From the NCBI GenBank assembly GCA_963734055.1, contig CAVTFQ010000005.1, forward strand, positions 152,940 through 216,939: a stretch of DNA of 64,000 nt, read 5' to 3'. Of the stretch, positions 1 through 8,304 are shown piece after piece (the stretch's first letter is position 1; each line of letters opens with the position of its first letter). Origin of the DNA: an uncultured beta proteobacterium. Lineage in GTDB: Bacteria > Pseudomonadota > Gammaproteobacteria > Burkholderiales > Casimicrobiaceae. The notes under the pieces were generated by a model, which was not told where the DNA came from, did no database searches, and saw only the letters and a program-made list of their open reading frames with translations. The translations under genes and the position numbers were made by a program.

Positions 1-29
1 CTGGCGCATGAACGGAAGCGGCCGCGGTT

Positions 30-950
30 CTACTTGCGATATCTCTGTATTGTCGCCTGAATCTCGGCGATCGCGCGCTCGATCTCGTCGTCGGACAGAT
101 CGCGCTGCGCGCCCTTGCGATCGGTCAAGGTCAGCGTCCGGTCGATCTGCGTCTGGAATTCGCCCAGGCCGAGCGTCTCGGTGATCGTCGTCGACGGTTC
201 GTCGGTGAGCGTCTCCGGGCCCCACCGCACGATGATCGCGGAGAGGTTGTCGCCGTCGGGACCGCCGCGGGCCTCGGCTTCGCGCATCATCTGCGGCGCG
301 GTCTTCAGGATCGGCGTCGACGTGAGCCACGTCGCGATCTCCTCGCGCGTGACCACGCTCCACAGGCCGTCCGTGCAGATCACCAGGATGTCGCCGTTGC
401 GAAGCGGCGTCCGCTTGCCGAGATCGATGACCGGATCGACGAGCCCACCCAGGCAGCTGAAGATCTTGTTGCGGTCGGGGTGCTCGGCCACCTCGCCGGC
501 CCCGATGATGCCCTGGTCGACGAGGTACTGCACCTTCGAGTGGTCCTTGGTCGAGCCGATGAGCCCGCCCTGCCGGAAGAGGTAGAGCCGCGAATCGCCG
601 ACGTGCGCCCAGTACGCGTGCCCCGCCTGCACGATGCAGCCGACGCAGGTCGTGCGCGGCGTCTCGAGCATCGAGAACTGGTTCGCGTAGCTGCCCAGCG
701 CCGCGTGCGCGCGCAGGAGCGAGTCCTGCAGGAACTTGAGCGGGTTCTTGAGGATCGGCTTCGCCTCCTGCTGGAAGCGCTCGATGAACAGCCGCACGGC
801 GATCTGCGCGGCGATCTCGCCCCCCGCGTGGCCGCCCATCCCGTCGGCGACGACGAGCAGCAGCGTGTCGCGGCTGTAGGTGTAGGCGATCCGGTCCTGG
901 TTGACCTTGCGCGAGCCCTTCCGGGACTCCTGGAAGATCGTGAAGCGCAT
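30..950 (-). CDS. PP2C-family Ser/Thr protein phosphatase
   Basis: 306-aa ORF with PP2C metal-binding motifs LLVVADGMGGHAGGEIAA and VICTDGLW. It follows the kinase gene on the same strand after a 27-nt gap. Confidence 0.85.
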   Translation of the reverse strand: MRFTIFQESRKGSRKVNQDRIAYTYSRDTLLLVVADGMGGHAGGEIAAQIAVRLFIERFQQEAKPILKNPLKFLQDSLLRAHAALGSYANQFSMLETPRTTCVGCIVQAGHAYWAHVGDSRLYLFRQGGLIGSTKDHSKVQYLVDQGIIGAGEVAEHPDRNKIFSCLGGLVDPVIDLGKRTPLRNGDILVICTDGLWSVVTREEIATWLTSTPILKTAPQMMREAEARGGPDGDNLSAIIVRWGPETLTDEPSTTITETLGLGEFQTQIDRTLTLTDRKGAQRDLSDDEIERAIAEIQATIQRYRK

Positions 951-977
951 CGAAGAACGCGGTAGGGCGCGACGCGG

Positions 978-1916
978 TCAGGCGCCGATCTCGCTGAAGA
1001 GCTTGCGCTTCAGGCTGCCGAAGAACGTGGGCTTCCGTTTCTTGGGCGGAATGTCGCGAATCGCCTTCTGCAGCGCGAACACGGACTGCGGCCGCTCGAG
1101 CGGGTCGAGGCGCAGGCACCAGTCGATCACCTCCAGCACGTTGTCCGAGTATTGCCCGGCCCAGATCTTCTTTGCCGAGACCAGGTGGTCCTCGGAAAGG
1201 CGCGCATCGGCCGCCTGCGGGGCAAACGCGGCGAGGCATGCGAACATGCTCGCGCCGACGCCGTAGACGTCCGTCCACGGGCCGAGGCGGTCCGGTTCGC
1301 GGTACTGCTCGGGCGCTGCGAAGCCCGGCGTGTACATGGGGGCGAGCTTCGGCCGGTTGGTCGTGAGCGTCTGCCGCGCCGCGCCGAAGTCGAGCAGCAC
1401 CGGGCTGCCGTCGGTGCGCAGGTAGATGTTCGCGGGCTTGATGTCGAGGTGAAGCAGTTTGTGCGTGTGCACTTCCCGCAGCCCGTTCAGGAGGTGCATG
1501 AACACGTGGCGGACGAGGCGCTCGGACATCTGGTCCTGCCGCATCTGGATCTGCTGCTGCAGCGTGCGCCCGCGCTCGTAGCGCATCACCATGTACACCG
1601 TCTCGTTCGCGCGGAAGAAATTCAGCACGCGGACGACGTTCGGATGGTTGATCTTCGCGAGCGCGCGCCCTTCCTCGAAGAAGCACTTCATCCCGTAGCG
1701 GAACGAGGTCAGGTTCTCGGCGGAGGACGCCCGCACGATGTCGCCCTCGGTGCGCAGCACGAGCGACGAGGGCAGGTACTCCTTGATCGCGACGGGCGCG
1801 CCCGTCTCGTCGAACGCGCGGTAGACGATCGAGAACCCGCCACGGCTGATCTGCCGGTCGATCCGGTAGTTCAGCAGCTGGTAGCCCCCGGTGAGGGCCT
1901 GGTTCGTGACAGCCAT
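978..1916 (-). CDS. Ser/Thr protein kinase (Hanks type)
   Basis: Gly-loop SRGGFSIVYRA, VAIKEY lysine, catalytic loop HLDIKPANI, DFGAAR, and activation segment TPGFAAPEQ. Start set at ATG 1916 (MAVTNQ...) rather than the ORF-track start at 2054, because the upstream 46 residues look non-coding. Confidence 0.85.
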   Translation of the reverse strand: MAVTNQALTGGYQLLNYRIDRQISRGGFSIVYRAFDETGAPVAIKEYLPSSLVLRTEGDIVRASSAENLTSFRYGMKCFFEEGRALAKINHPNVVRVLNFFRANETVYMVMRYERGRTLQQQIQMRQDQMSERLVRHVFMHLLNGLREVHTHKLLHLDIKPANIYLRTDGSPVLLDFGAARQTLTTNRPKLAPMYTPGFAAPEQYREPDRLGPWTDVYGVGASMFACLAAFAPQAADARLSEDHLVSAKKIWAGQYSDNVLEVIDWCLRLDPLERPQSVFALQKAIRDIPPKKRKPTFFGSLKRKLFSEIGA

Positions 1917-2074
1917 GGGCGAAGATCTCAGGGAGTATCCGTCAACGCCGCCCGCAATTCGTGTGCCAGCGCGGCCGCGCTTGCTTGCGCGAGAGGGGGA
2001 TAACGCATACATTCTGGGAGCCCGAAAGTCAAAGTATAGCCAGAAAACGTGCATAAAGCTGCGTAAAACAGCCC

Positions 2075-2941
2075 ATGATCCTCAGCATGACCGGGTTCGC
2101 GGCGGTTGCCGCTGAACTGCCCGGCGCCTCCCTGACGGTCGACCTGCGCAGCGTCAATCATCGCTACCTCGACCTCTCGATCCGGCTTCCCGACGAGTTG
2201 CGGGGGCAGGAAGCGGCGCTGCGCGAGCGAATCGCCGCGGAACTCAAACGGGGCAAGGTCGAATGCCGGATTTCGCTCGCGCGGACGACCCCCGGCGCCG
2301 CGACGATCGCCGTCGCGCAGGAGCGGGTCGAGCAGGTCGCGAGGGCCGCAGCCGACGTTCTGCGGCATGCGCCGGGTGCCGCGCCGCTCGGCGTCGCCGA
2401 GATCCTGCGCTGGCCGGGCGTGCTCACCGAGCCGACCGTCGCCCCCGAAGCGCTGGCCACGCTCGTGCAGGAGCTGCTCGCGCGGGCGCTGACCGAGCTG
2501 GCCGCATCGCGCGCCCGCGAAGGCGCAAAGCTTGCGGCGGCGCTCGAGGAACGCTGCGCGGCGATCGAGATGCAGGTCGCTCGTGTGACGCCGCGCATCC
2601 CGGCGCTGCACGCCGCCTATCTCGAGAAGCTCGGGGCCCGCCTGCGCGAGGCCGGGCTCGACCCGGACCAGGAGCGATTGAAGCAGGAGCTCGCGCTGTT
2701 CGCGACCAAGATCGACGTCGCCGAGGAGGTACAGCGCCTAGCGACCCACGTCGCGGAGGTGCGGAGGGTGCTGGCGGCGGGCGGCAGTGCCGGCAAGCGC
2801 CTCGACTTCCTGATGCAGGAGCTGCATCGCGAAGCGAACACGCTCGGCTCGAAGTCGGTCGATGCGGAGCTCTCGCAGGCGTCGCTCGAGCTCAAGGTGC
2901 TGATCGAGCAGATGCGGGAACAGGTCCAGAACGTCGAATAA
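2075..2941 (+). CDS. yicC: YicC-family stress-induced protein
   Basis: 288 aa with N-terminal MILSMTGFA and C-terminal HREANTLGSKS...IEQMREQVQNVE, typical of the YicC N/C domains. Lies upstream of gmk-rpoZ-spoT. Confidence 0.8.
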   Translation: MILSMTGFAAVAAELPGASLTVDLRSVNHRYLDLSIRLPDELRGQEAALRERIAAELKRGKVECRISLARTTPGAATIAVAQERVEQVARAAADVLRHAPGAAPLGVAEILRWPGVLTEPTVAPEALATLVQELLARALTELAASRAREGAKLAAALEERCAAIEMQVARVTPRIPALHAAYLEKLGARLREAGLDPDQERLKQELALFATKIDVAEEVQRLATHVAEVRRVLAAGGSAGKRLDFLMQELHREANTLGSKSVDAELSQASLELKVLIEQMREQVQNVE

Positions 2942-2992
2942 GCAGGGTCAGACTCGACTTGTCCGGAAACCCGAGGCGACGACGTGCGTGAA

Positions 2993-3015
2993 AAAGTAGG
3001 GTCTGACCCTACTTT
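2993..3015. repeat. REP-like 23-nt perfect palindrome AAAGTAGGGTC-T-GACCCTACTTT
   Basis: 11-bp arms around a single central nucleotide, in the yicC-gmk spacer. An identical copy lies at 40559-40581, and a related half-site GCAGGGTCAGAC at 2942-2953. Confidence 0.7.
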
Positions 3016-3038
3016 GAATTGACCCCTGCCGAGATCCC

Positions 3039-3689
3039 ATGCCGCCTAGCGTCGCCGCCACCAAGGCCCCCCCCGCCTCCGGCTGCCTGTTCGTGCTCGC
3101 GGCGCCTTCCGGAGGCGGCAAGACCAGCCTCGTCGCCGCGCTCCTCGAGCGGGAACCCGGGATACGGCTTTCGGTGTCCTATACGACGCGGCCGCCGCGT
3201 CCCGGCGAGGCCGACGGCGTCCACTACCGCTTCGTCGACGAGGCGCGGTTCATGGCGCTTAAGGCGCGCGGCGAATTCCTCGAGCACGCGCACGTCCACG
3301 GCAACTGGTACGCGACGTCGGCGACGTGGCTCCAGGAGCAGATCGCCTCCGGGCACGACGTGCTCCTCGAGATCGACTGGCAGGGCGCGGCGCAGGTGCA
3401 CAAGCTGATCCCGGAAGCCGTGCTGATCTTCATCCTGCCGCCGTCGCTCGCGTCGCTGCGCGAACGGCTCGAAAAGCGCGGCCAGGACAGCCCCGAGGTG
3501 ATCGCGCGCCGGCTCGAGGCGGCGCGCGAAGAGATGCGCCACTACGGCGACTTTAACTATGTTATTATGAATCAGGACTTTGCGAGGGCCGTCGACGATC
3601 TGTCCGCGATCGTCCGGGCGGCCCGCCTGACAGCACCGCGGCAGGGCGTGCGGCACGCGGCCCTGATCGAGCGGCTGCTCGAACCCTGA
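3039..3689 (+). CDS. gmk: guanylate kinase
   Basis: P-loop [32 protein letters not shown], and the conserved gmk-rpoZ-spoT order. Confidence 0.9.
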   Translation: MPPSVAATKAPPASGCLFVLAAPSGGGKTSLVAALLEREPGIRLSVSYTTRPPRPGEADGVHYRFVDEARFMALKARGEFLEHAHVHGNWYATSATWLQEQIASGHDVLLEIDWQGAAQVHKLIPEAVLIFILPPSLASLRERLEKRGQDSPEVIARRLEAAREEMRHYGDFNYVIMNQDFARAVDDLSAIVRAARLTAPRQGVRHAALIERLLEP

Positions 3690-3700
3690 CGAGGAATTCC

Positions 3701-3907
3701 ATGGCCCGCATCACGATCGAAGATTGTCTCGACAAGATCCCCAACCGCTTCGAGCTCACGCTCGCGGCGACGAACCGCGCGCGGCAGATCAGCGCCGGCT
3801 CGGCGCCGCTCCTCGACGCGGACCGCGACAAGCCGACCGTCATCGCGCTGCGCGAAATCGCGGCGGGCAAGGTCGGCATCGAGATGCTGCTGAAGGCGCA
3901 GAGCTGA
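3701..3907 (+). CDS. rpoZ: DNA-directed RNA polymerase subunit omega
   Basis: 68 aa, [30 protein letters not shown]. Confidence 0.9.
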   Translation: MARITIEDCLDKIPNRFELTLAATNRARQISAGSAPLLDADRDKPTVIALREIAAGKVGIEMLLKAQS

Positions 3908-3934
3908 CGCAGCGCATCATGGCGGCCACGAGGT

Positions 3935-6076
3935 ATGTCGGAGATCGCCGAATTCACCCGACACCTCGGCAATTACCTGCCGACGCCTGACATCGCGCTC
4001 GTCGAGCGCGCGTTCCAGTTCTCCGACTCGGCCCACCGCGGCCAGTTCCGCAAGTCCGGCGAGCCCTACATCACGCATCCGCTCGCGGTGGCGAGCATCC
4101 TGTCGCAGTGGCGTCTCGACGCGCAGGGGCTCGCCGCCGCCCTCCTCCACGACGTGATGGAGGACACGGCGATCACCAAGGCGGAGATCGAGTCGTCGTT
4201 CGGCAAGCCGGTAGCCGACATGGTCGACGGCCTCTCCAAGCTCGACCAGATCGAGTTCACCTCGCGCGAGGACGCGCAGGCGGAGAGCTTCCGCAAGATG
4301 CTGCTCGCGATGGCGCAGGACGTCCGCGTCATCCTGATCAAGCTCGCCGACCGGCTGCACAACATGCGGACGCTGGACGCGATGGCGCCGGTCCACCGCA
4401 AGCGGGTGGCACGCGAGACGCTCGACATCTACGCCCCGATCGCGAACCGGCTCGGGTTGAACGCCCTCTACCTCGAGCTGCAGGATCTCGCGTTCAAGCA
4501 CCTGAACGCGATGCGCTACCGGATCCTGGCGAGCGCGATCAAGGCGGCACGCGGCAACCGGCGCGAGGTGATGAACCGGATCCTCGACGTGATCCGCGAG
4601 GGCTACACGAAGGCCGGCATCACGGCCGTCGTGACCGGCCGCGAGAAGACGATCTACTCGGTCTACAAGAAGATGCGCGAGAAGCGCTACACGTTCTCGC
4701 AGGTGTTCGACATTTACGGCGTGCGCGTGCTCGTGCCCGACAAGACCGCGTGCTACGCGGCGCTCGGCGTGCTGCACGGCCTCTACAAGCCGATCCCGGG
4801 CAAGTTCAAGGACTACGTCGCGATCCCGAAGGCCAACGGCTACCAGTCGCTGCACACGACGCTGTTCGGTCCGTTCGGCACGCCGCTCGAGGCGCAGATC
4901 CGCACCCACGACATGCACCGGATCGCGGAAGCCGGCGTCGCCGCGCACTGGCTCTACAAGTCGGGCGGAGCGCTCGACCTGGCGGAGGCGCAGCGCGAGA
5001 CGCACCGCTGGCTGCAGAGCCTGCTCGAGATCCAGTCCGAGTCGCGCGACTCGAAGGAATTCCTCGAGAACATCAAGGGCGACCTCTTCCCCGACGAGGT
5101 CTACGTGTTCACGCCGAAGGGCAAGATCATGGCGCTGCCGCGCGGCGCCACCGCGGTCGACTTCGCGTACGCGGTGCACACCGACATCGGCCACCACTGC
5201 GTCGCCGCGCGGATCAACTACGAGCTCCTGCCTCTGCGCACCGAGCTCAAGAACGGCGACCACGTCGAGATCCTGACCTCGCCGACGGCGCGACCCAATC
5301 CGTCATGGCTGTCGTTCGTGGCCACCGGCAAGGCACGCTCGCGGATCCGCCACTTTCTGAAGGGACTCCAGCAGAAGGAGTCCGCCGCGCTCGGCGAGCG
5401 GCTGCTCGCGCAGGCGCTCGCCGCGCTCAAGGTCGCGCCGGAAGCGATCACCTGGGACCGGTGGGATGCGCTCCAGAAGGAATACGGCGCGAAGAGCCAG
5501 CTCGAGCTCCTGGCCGACATCGGCCTCGGCAAGCGCCTCTCGTTCGTCGTCGCGCAGGCGCTCACGCGCACGGCGGGGAAGACTACCGAACCGGGCGCGG
5601 AGCCGTCGGCGCCCCTCGGCGTCAAGCCCTCCGCGCTGACGCTGCGCGGCGTCGAGGGCGTCGCAATCCAGTACGCGCGCTGCTGCCGCCCCATCCCAGG
5701 CGACGCCGTCGTCGGCCAGTTCCGCAAGAGCCAGGGCCTGCTCGTGCACACGCGCGAGTGCGTCACGCTGCGCAAGCAGCGGCCGGATCCCGAGCAGCTG
5801 ATCGACGTCGAGTGGGCGCCCGACGTCCAGGGCGAGTTCGACGCGGGCGTTCGGCTCCTCGTCTCCGACCGCCGCGGGCTCCTGGCCGACATCGCGCTCG
5901 CGATCGCGGACGCGGGCGCCAACATCGACAACGTTTCGATGGAGAAGCCGGACGGTGCCGGCCTGATCGCGATGTTCTTCAGCGTTCAGGTCAAAGATCG
6001 CCGCCAGCTCGCGCACGTGATGCGCGCGATCAAGCGGGTACCCGAGGTCCGCCGCATCCACCGCGCGCGGACGTAG
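3935..6076 (+). CDS. spoT: bifunctional (p)ppGpp synthetase/hydrolase, RelA/SpoT family
   Basis: 713 aa with HD hydrolase motif HRGQFRKSGEPYITHPLAVA and synthetase motif KDYVAIPKANGYQSLHT. A TGS-like segment (VFTPKGKIMALPRGATAVDFAYAVH) and a C-terminal ACT-like region are also present. Confidence 0.9.
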   Translation: MSEIAEFTRHLGNYLPTPDIALVERAFQFSDSAHRGQFRKSGEPYITHPLAVASILSQWRLDAQGLAAALLHDVMEDTAITKAEIESSFGKPVADMVDGLSKLDQIEFTSREDAQAESFRKMLLAMAQDVRVILIKLADRLHNMRTLDAMAPVHRKRVARETLDIYAPIANRLGLNALYLELQDLAFKHLNAMRYRILASAIKAARGNRREVMNRILDVIREGYTKAGITAVVTGREKTIYSVYKKMREKRYTFSQVFDIYGVRVLVPDKTACYAALGVLHGLYKPIPGKFKDYVAIPKANGYQSLHTTLFGPFGTPLEAQIRTHDMHRIAEAGVAAHWLYKSGGALDLAEAQRETHRWLQSLLEIQSESRDSKEFLENIKGDLFPDEVYVFTPKGKIMALPRGATAVDFAYAVHTDIGHHCVAARINYELLPLRTELKNGDHVEILTSPTARPNPSWLSFVATGKARSRIRHFLKGLQQKESAALGERLLAQALAALKVAPEAITWDRWDALQKEYGAKSQLELLADIGLGKRLSFVVAQALTRTAGKTTEPGAEPSAPLGVKPSALTLRGVEGVAIQYARCCRPIPGDAVVGQFRKSQGLLVHTRECVTLRKQRPDPEQLIDVEWAPDVQGEFDAGVRLLVSDRRGLLADIALAIADAGANIDNVSMEKPDGAGLIAMFFSVQVKDRRQLAHVMRAIKRVPEVRRIHRART

Positions 6077-6390
6077 CTCCCCGTTCCGGATCGACGTCGA
6101 ATCCTGCCCGGTCACCGAGCGAGCCGCTTCGAGTTGATCCCTCGCGATCTCTCCGTTCGCATCACCGACGGCTGACCTTGCGCGACCCGATGGGTCGCAA
6201 ACCGTCGGCGAGCCCGATGCCGGCATGCAGCACCGACGGCGACTGAAAGCCGGCTCGCTCGGGCCCATCTCGCGCCCCCATGCTTGGCATGCCCCTTGCT
6301 TAATAGGCCCGTCGAGGGGCGTGAGCCATGCATTCGGCTTTCGGGCCCCGCCCCAGAAGTCATTGACCAACAACCAAAAGGACTTTGACC

Positions 6391-6918
6391 ATGCGTAATC
6401 GTACCCTGCTGGGCGCGGCGGTCGCCGCTGCGCTGGCGGTCTCGCACGGCACCGCGCAAGCGGCGACGGCGGGTCCCGCCAATTTCAATGTCACCGCGAC
6501 GGTCGCCAACTTCTGCACGATCTCGGCTGCGAACGTTCCGTTCGGCAGCGTGAGCGCCGGCGCCGCCGCCACGAACACCGCGAACAGCGTGACGCTCACG
6601 TGCAACAAGGGAGCGACGGTGTCCTCGGTCGCGCTCAACAACGGCTCGAACCCCGCCGGTACGCAAAAGCGGATGACGAACGGTACCGACACCCTGAACT
6701 ACAACATCGACGTTCCGACGGGGGCCGCGTTCAACACGTGTCCCGCGGCGGGCGCCGGCCCCGAGTGGAACGCGACGAACACCATCGTGGCGACGTCGTT
6801 GTTCACGGCGACCGGAGGACCGAAGCTCATCAACCTCTGCGCTTCGATCCCCGCGGGCCAGTATCCGTCGGCAGGTGCCTATTCGGATACGGTTCAGGTC
6901 ACCGCGACGTACAACTGA
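6391..6918 (+). CDS. SCPU-domain (Csu-type) fimbrial subunit, copy 1
   Basis: Signal peptide ...SHGTAQA, FNVTATV..FCTIS pattern and C-terminal YSDTVQVTATYN. ATG 6391 is preceded by AAGGA 8 nt upstream; the ORF-track start at 6385 is a TTG. Confidence 0.8.
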   Translation: MRNRTLLGAAVAAALAVSHGTAQAATAGPANFNVTATVANFCTISAANVPFGSVSAGAAATNTANSVTLTCNKGATVSSVALNNGSNPAGTQKRMTNGTDTLNYNIDVPTGAAFNTCPAAGAGPEWNATNTIVATSLFTATGGPKLINLCASIPAGQYPSAGAYSDTVQVTATYN

Positions 6919-6995
6919 CCTCGCCCGCGCAGCGAACCCGAGCCTCTGCGGCCTGACGAACGCCGGGGCCCGCGGATCGCACTGCGGCCCTCACC

Positions 6996-7562
6996 ATGAA
7001 CGGCGGATCGGCGCCGGCCTCGACTCTCGTCGCGGCCGTGCGGACACCTACGCGCATCGTCGCGACGGCGCTCGCCGCCGCGCTTGCCTGCGGCGCGGCG
7101 GAAGCGGCGTCGACCGGGCCGTCGAACTTCAGCGTAGCGGTCTCCCTCGCGAACCGCTGCACGATCTCGGCCACGAACGTGGCGTTCGGCACGATCAGCG
7201 CCGGCGTCGCCTACTCGAACACCTCGGGCAGCGTCCGGCTCACCTGCAACAAGGGGGTGAGCGTGCCGTCGGTCGCGCTCAACAACGGCCAGAACGCCGT
7301 CGGTACCCAGAAGCGGATGCGGCGCGGCGCGGAGCGCCTGCCCTACAATATCGACGTGCCGACGGGCACGACGTTCAACACGTGTCCCGCGCCCGGCGCG
7401 GGTCCCGAGTGGAACGCGGCGAACACGATTGCCGCGACCTCGCTGTTCGCGACGACGGGCGGGACCAAGAACATCACCCTGTGCGTGTCCATCCCTGCGG
7501 GCCAATATCCGCTCGCGGGCAACTACAGGGACACGGTTCGGGTCACGGCGACCTACAACTGA
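6996..7562 (+). CDS. SCPU-domain (Csu-type) fimbrial subunit, copy 2 (paralogue of copy 1)
   Basis: Mature region aligns to copy 1 at roughly 60-65% identity by eye (…NKG.SV.SVALNNG.N..GTQKRM…YNIDVPTG..FNTCPA.GAGPEWNA.NTI.ATSLF…). The start codon is uncertain; an in-frame GTG at 7038 is possible. Confidence 0.75.
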   Translation: MNGGSAPASTLVAAVRTPTRIVATALAAALACGAAEAASTGPSNFSVAVSLANRCTISATNVAFGTISAGVAYSNTSGSVRLTCNKGVSVPSVALNNGQNAVGTQKRMRRGAERLPYNIDVPTGTTFNTCPAPGAGPEWNAANTIAATSLFATTGGTKNITLCVSIPAGQYPLAGNYRDTVRVTATYN

Positions 7563-7581
7563 GGGGCGGTCGGAGGGCAGG

Positions 7582-8304
7582 ATGACGGCGGGTCTTCGTG
7601 CACTGGCCGCGACGGCGCTGCTCGCGTTGTCGCTCGACGTCCTCGCGGCGACGTTCGGCCTCACGCCGATGCGCGTCGAGCTCTCGGCCGCGTCGCCGAC
7701 CGCGATCGTCACCGTCAACAACGCGGGCGACGCCCCGGTCACCGTCCAGGTCCAGTCCTACACGTGGTCGCAGCCCGAGGGCAAGGACGTCTACGACGAG
7801 ACGCGCGGCTTCATCGTGAGCCCGCCCATCTTCACGATCGCGCCCGGCGCGAGCCAGATCGTGCGTGTCGCCCTGCGCGGGCAGCCGCCCGCCGACGTCG
7901 AGGCCGCCTACCGGCTCATCTTCCGCGAAGTGCCGCCGGCCGAGGAGACCGCCGGCGAGCGAACGCTGTTCCGGATCGCGCTCAACATGAACATTCCCCT
8001 GTTCGTGGCGCCGACCGGCGTCGCGTTGTCGCCCAGGCCCGCCTTCGGCGTCGAGACCGGCTTCGACAAGTCGTGGCGGCTGCGCATCGCCAACGGCGGC
8101 AACGGCAATCTCCGGCTGGCGCCGCTCACCGTGCGGCAGGGCGAGGACCAGCTCGCCCACGAGGACGTGTTCGTCGTCCTCCCCGGGGCGACGCGCTACA
8201 TCGCGCTGCCGAAGGAGCGGGTGAAGGCGGGAATACCCTTGCGCGTGGAAGCGCAGAGCAATGGCGGCCGCATCGACCTCGCCCTGCCCGCGGCCAGTCC
8301 CTGA
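7582..8304 (+). CDS. fimbrial (PapD-like/CsuC-like) periplasmic chaperone
   Basis: Signal peptide MTAGLRALAATALLALSLDVLAA, then LTPMRVEL... and the AYRLIFREVP motif. GGAGGG lies 5-10 nt upstream of ATG 7582. Confidence 0.8.
   Translation: MTAGLRALAATALLALSLDVLAATFGLTPMRVELSAASPTAIVTVNNAGDAPVTVQVQSYTWSQPEGKDVYDETRGFIVSPPIFTIAPGASQIVRVALRGQPPADVEAAYRLIFREVPPAEETAGERTLFRIALNMNIPLFVAPTGVALSPRPAFGVETGFDKSWRLRIANGGNGNLRLAPLTVRQGEDQLAHEDVFVVLPGATRYIALPKERVKAGIPLRVEAQSNGGRIDLALPAASP

Noticed and set aside
3917-6246. Long ORFs overlapping spoT in other frames or on the other strand (4108..6246 +, 712 aa; 3917..5263 -, 448 aa; 5303..6373 -, 356 aa).
   Set aside because: They are Arg/Ala/Pro/Gly-rich low-complexity translations with no motifs, and they overlap a gene with clear RelA/SpoT signatures. 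This is the typical open-frame artefact of high-GC DNA.
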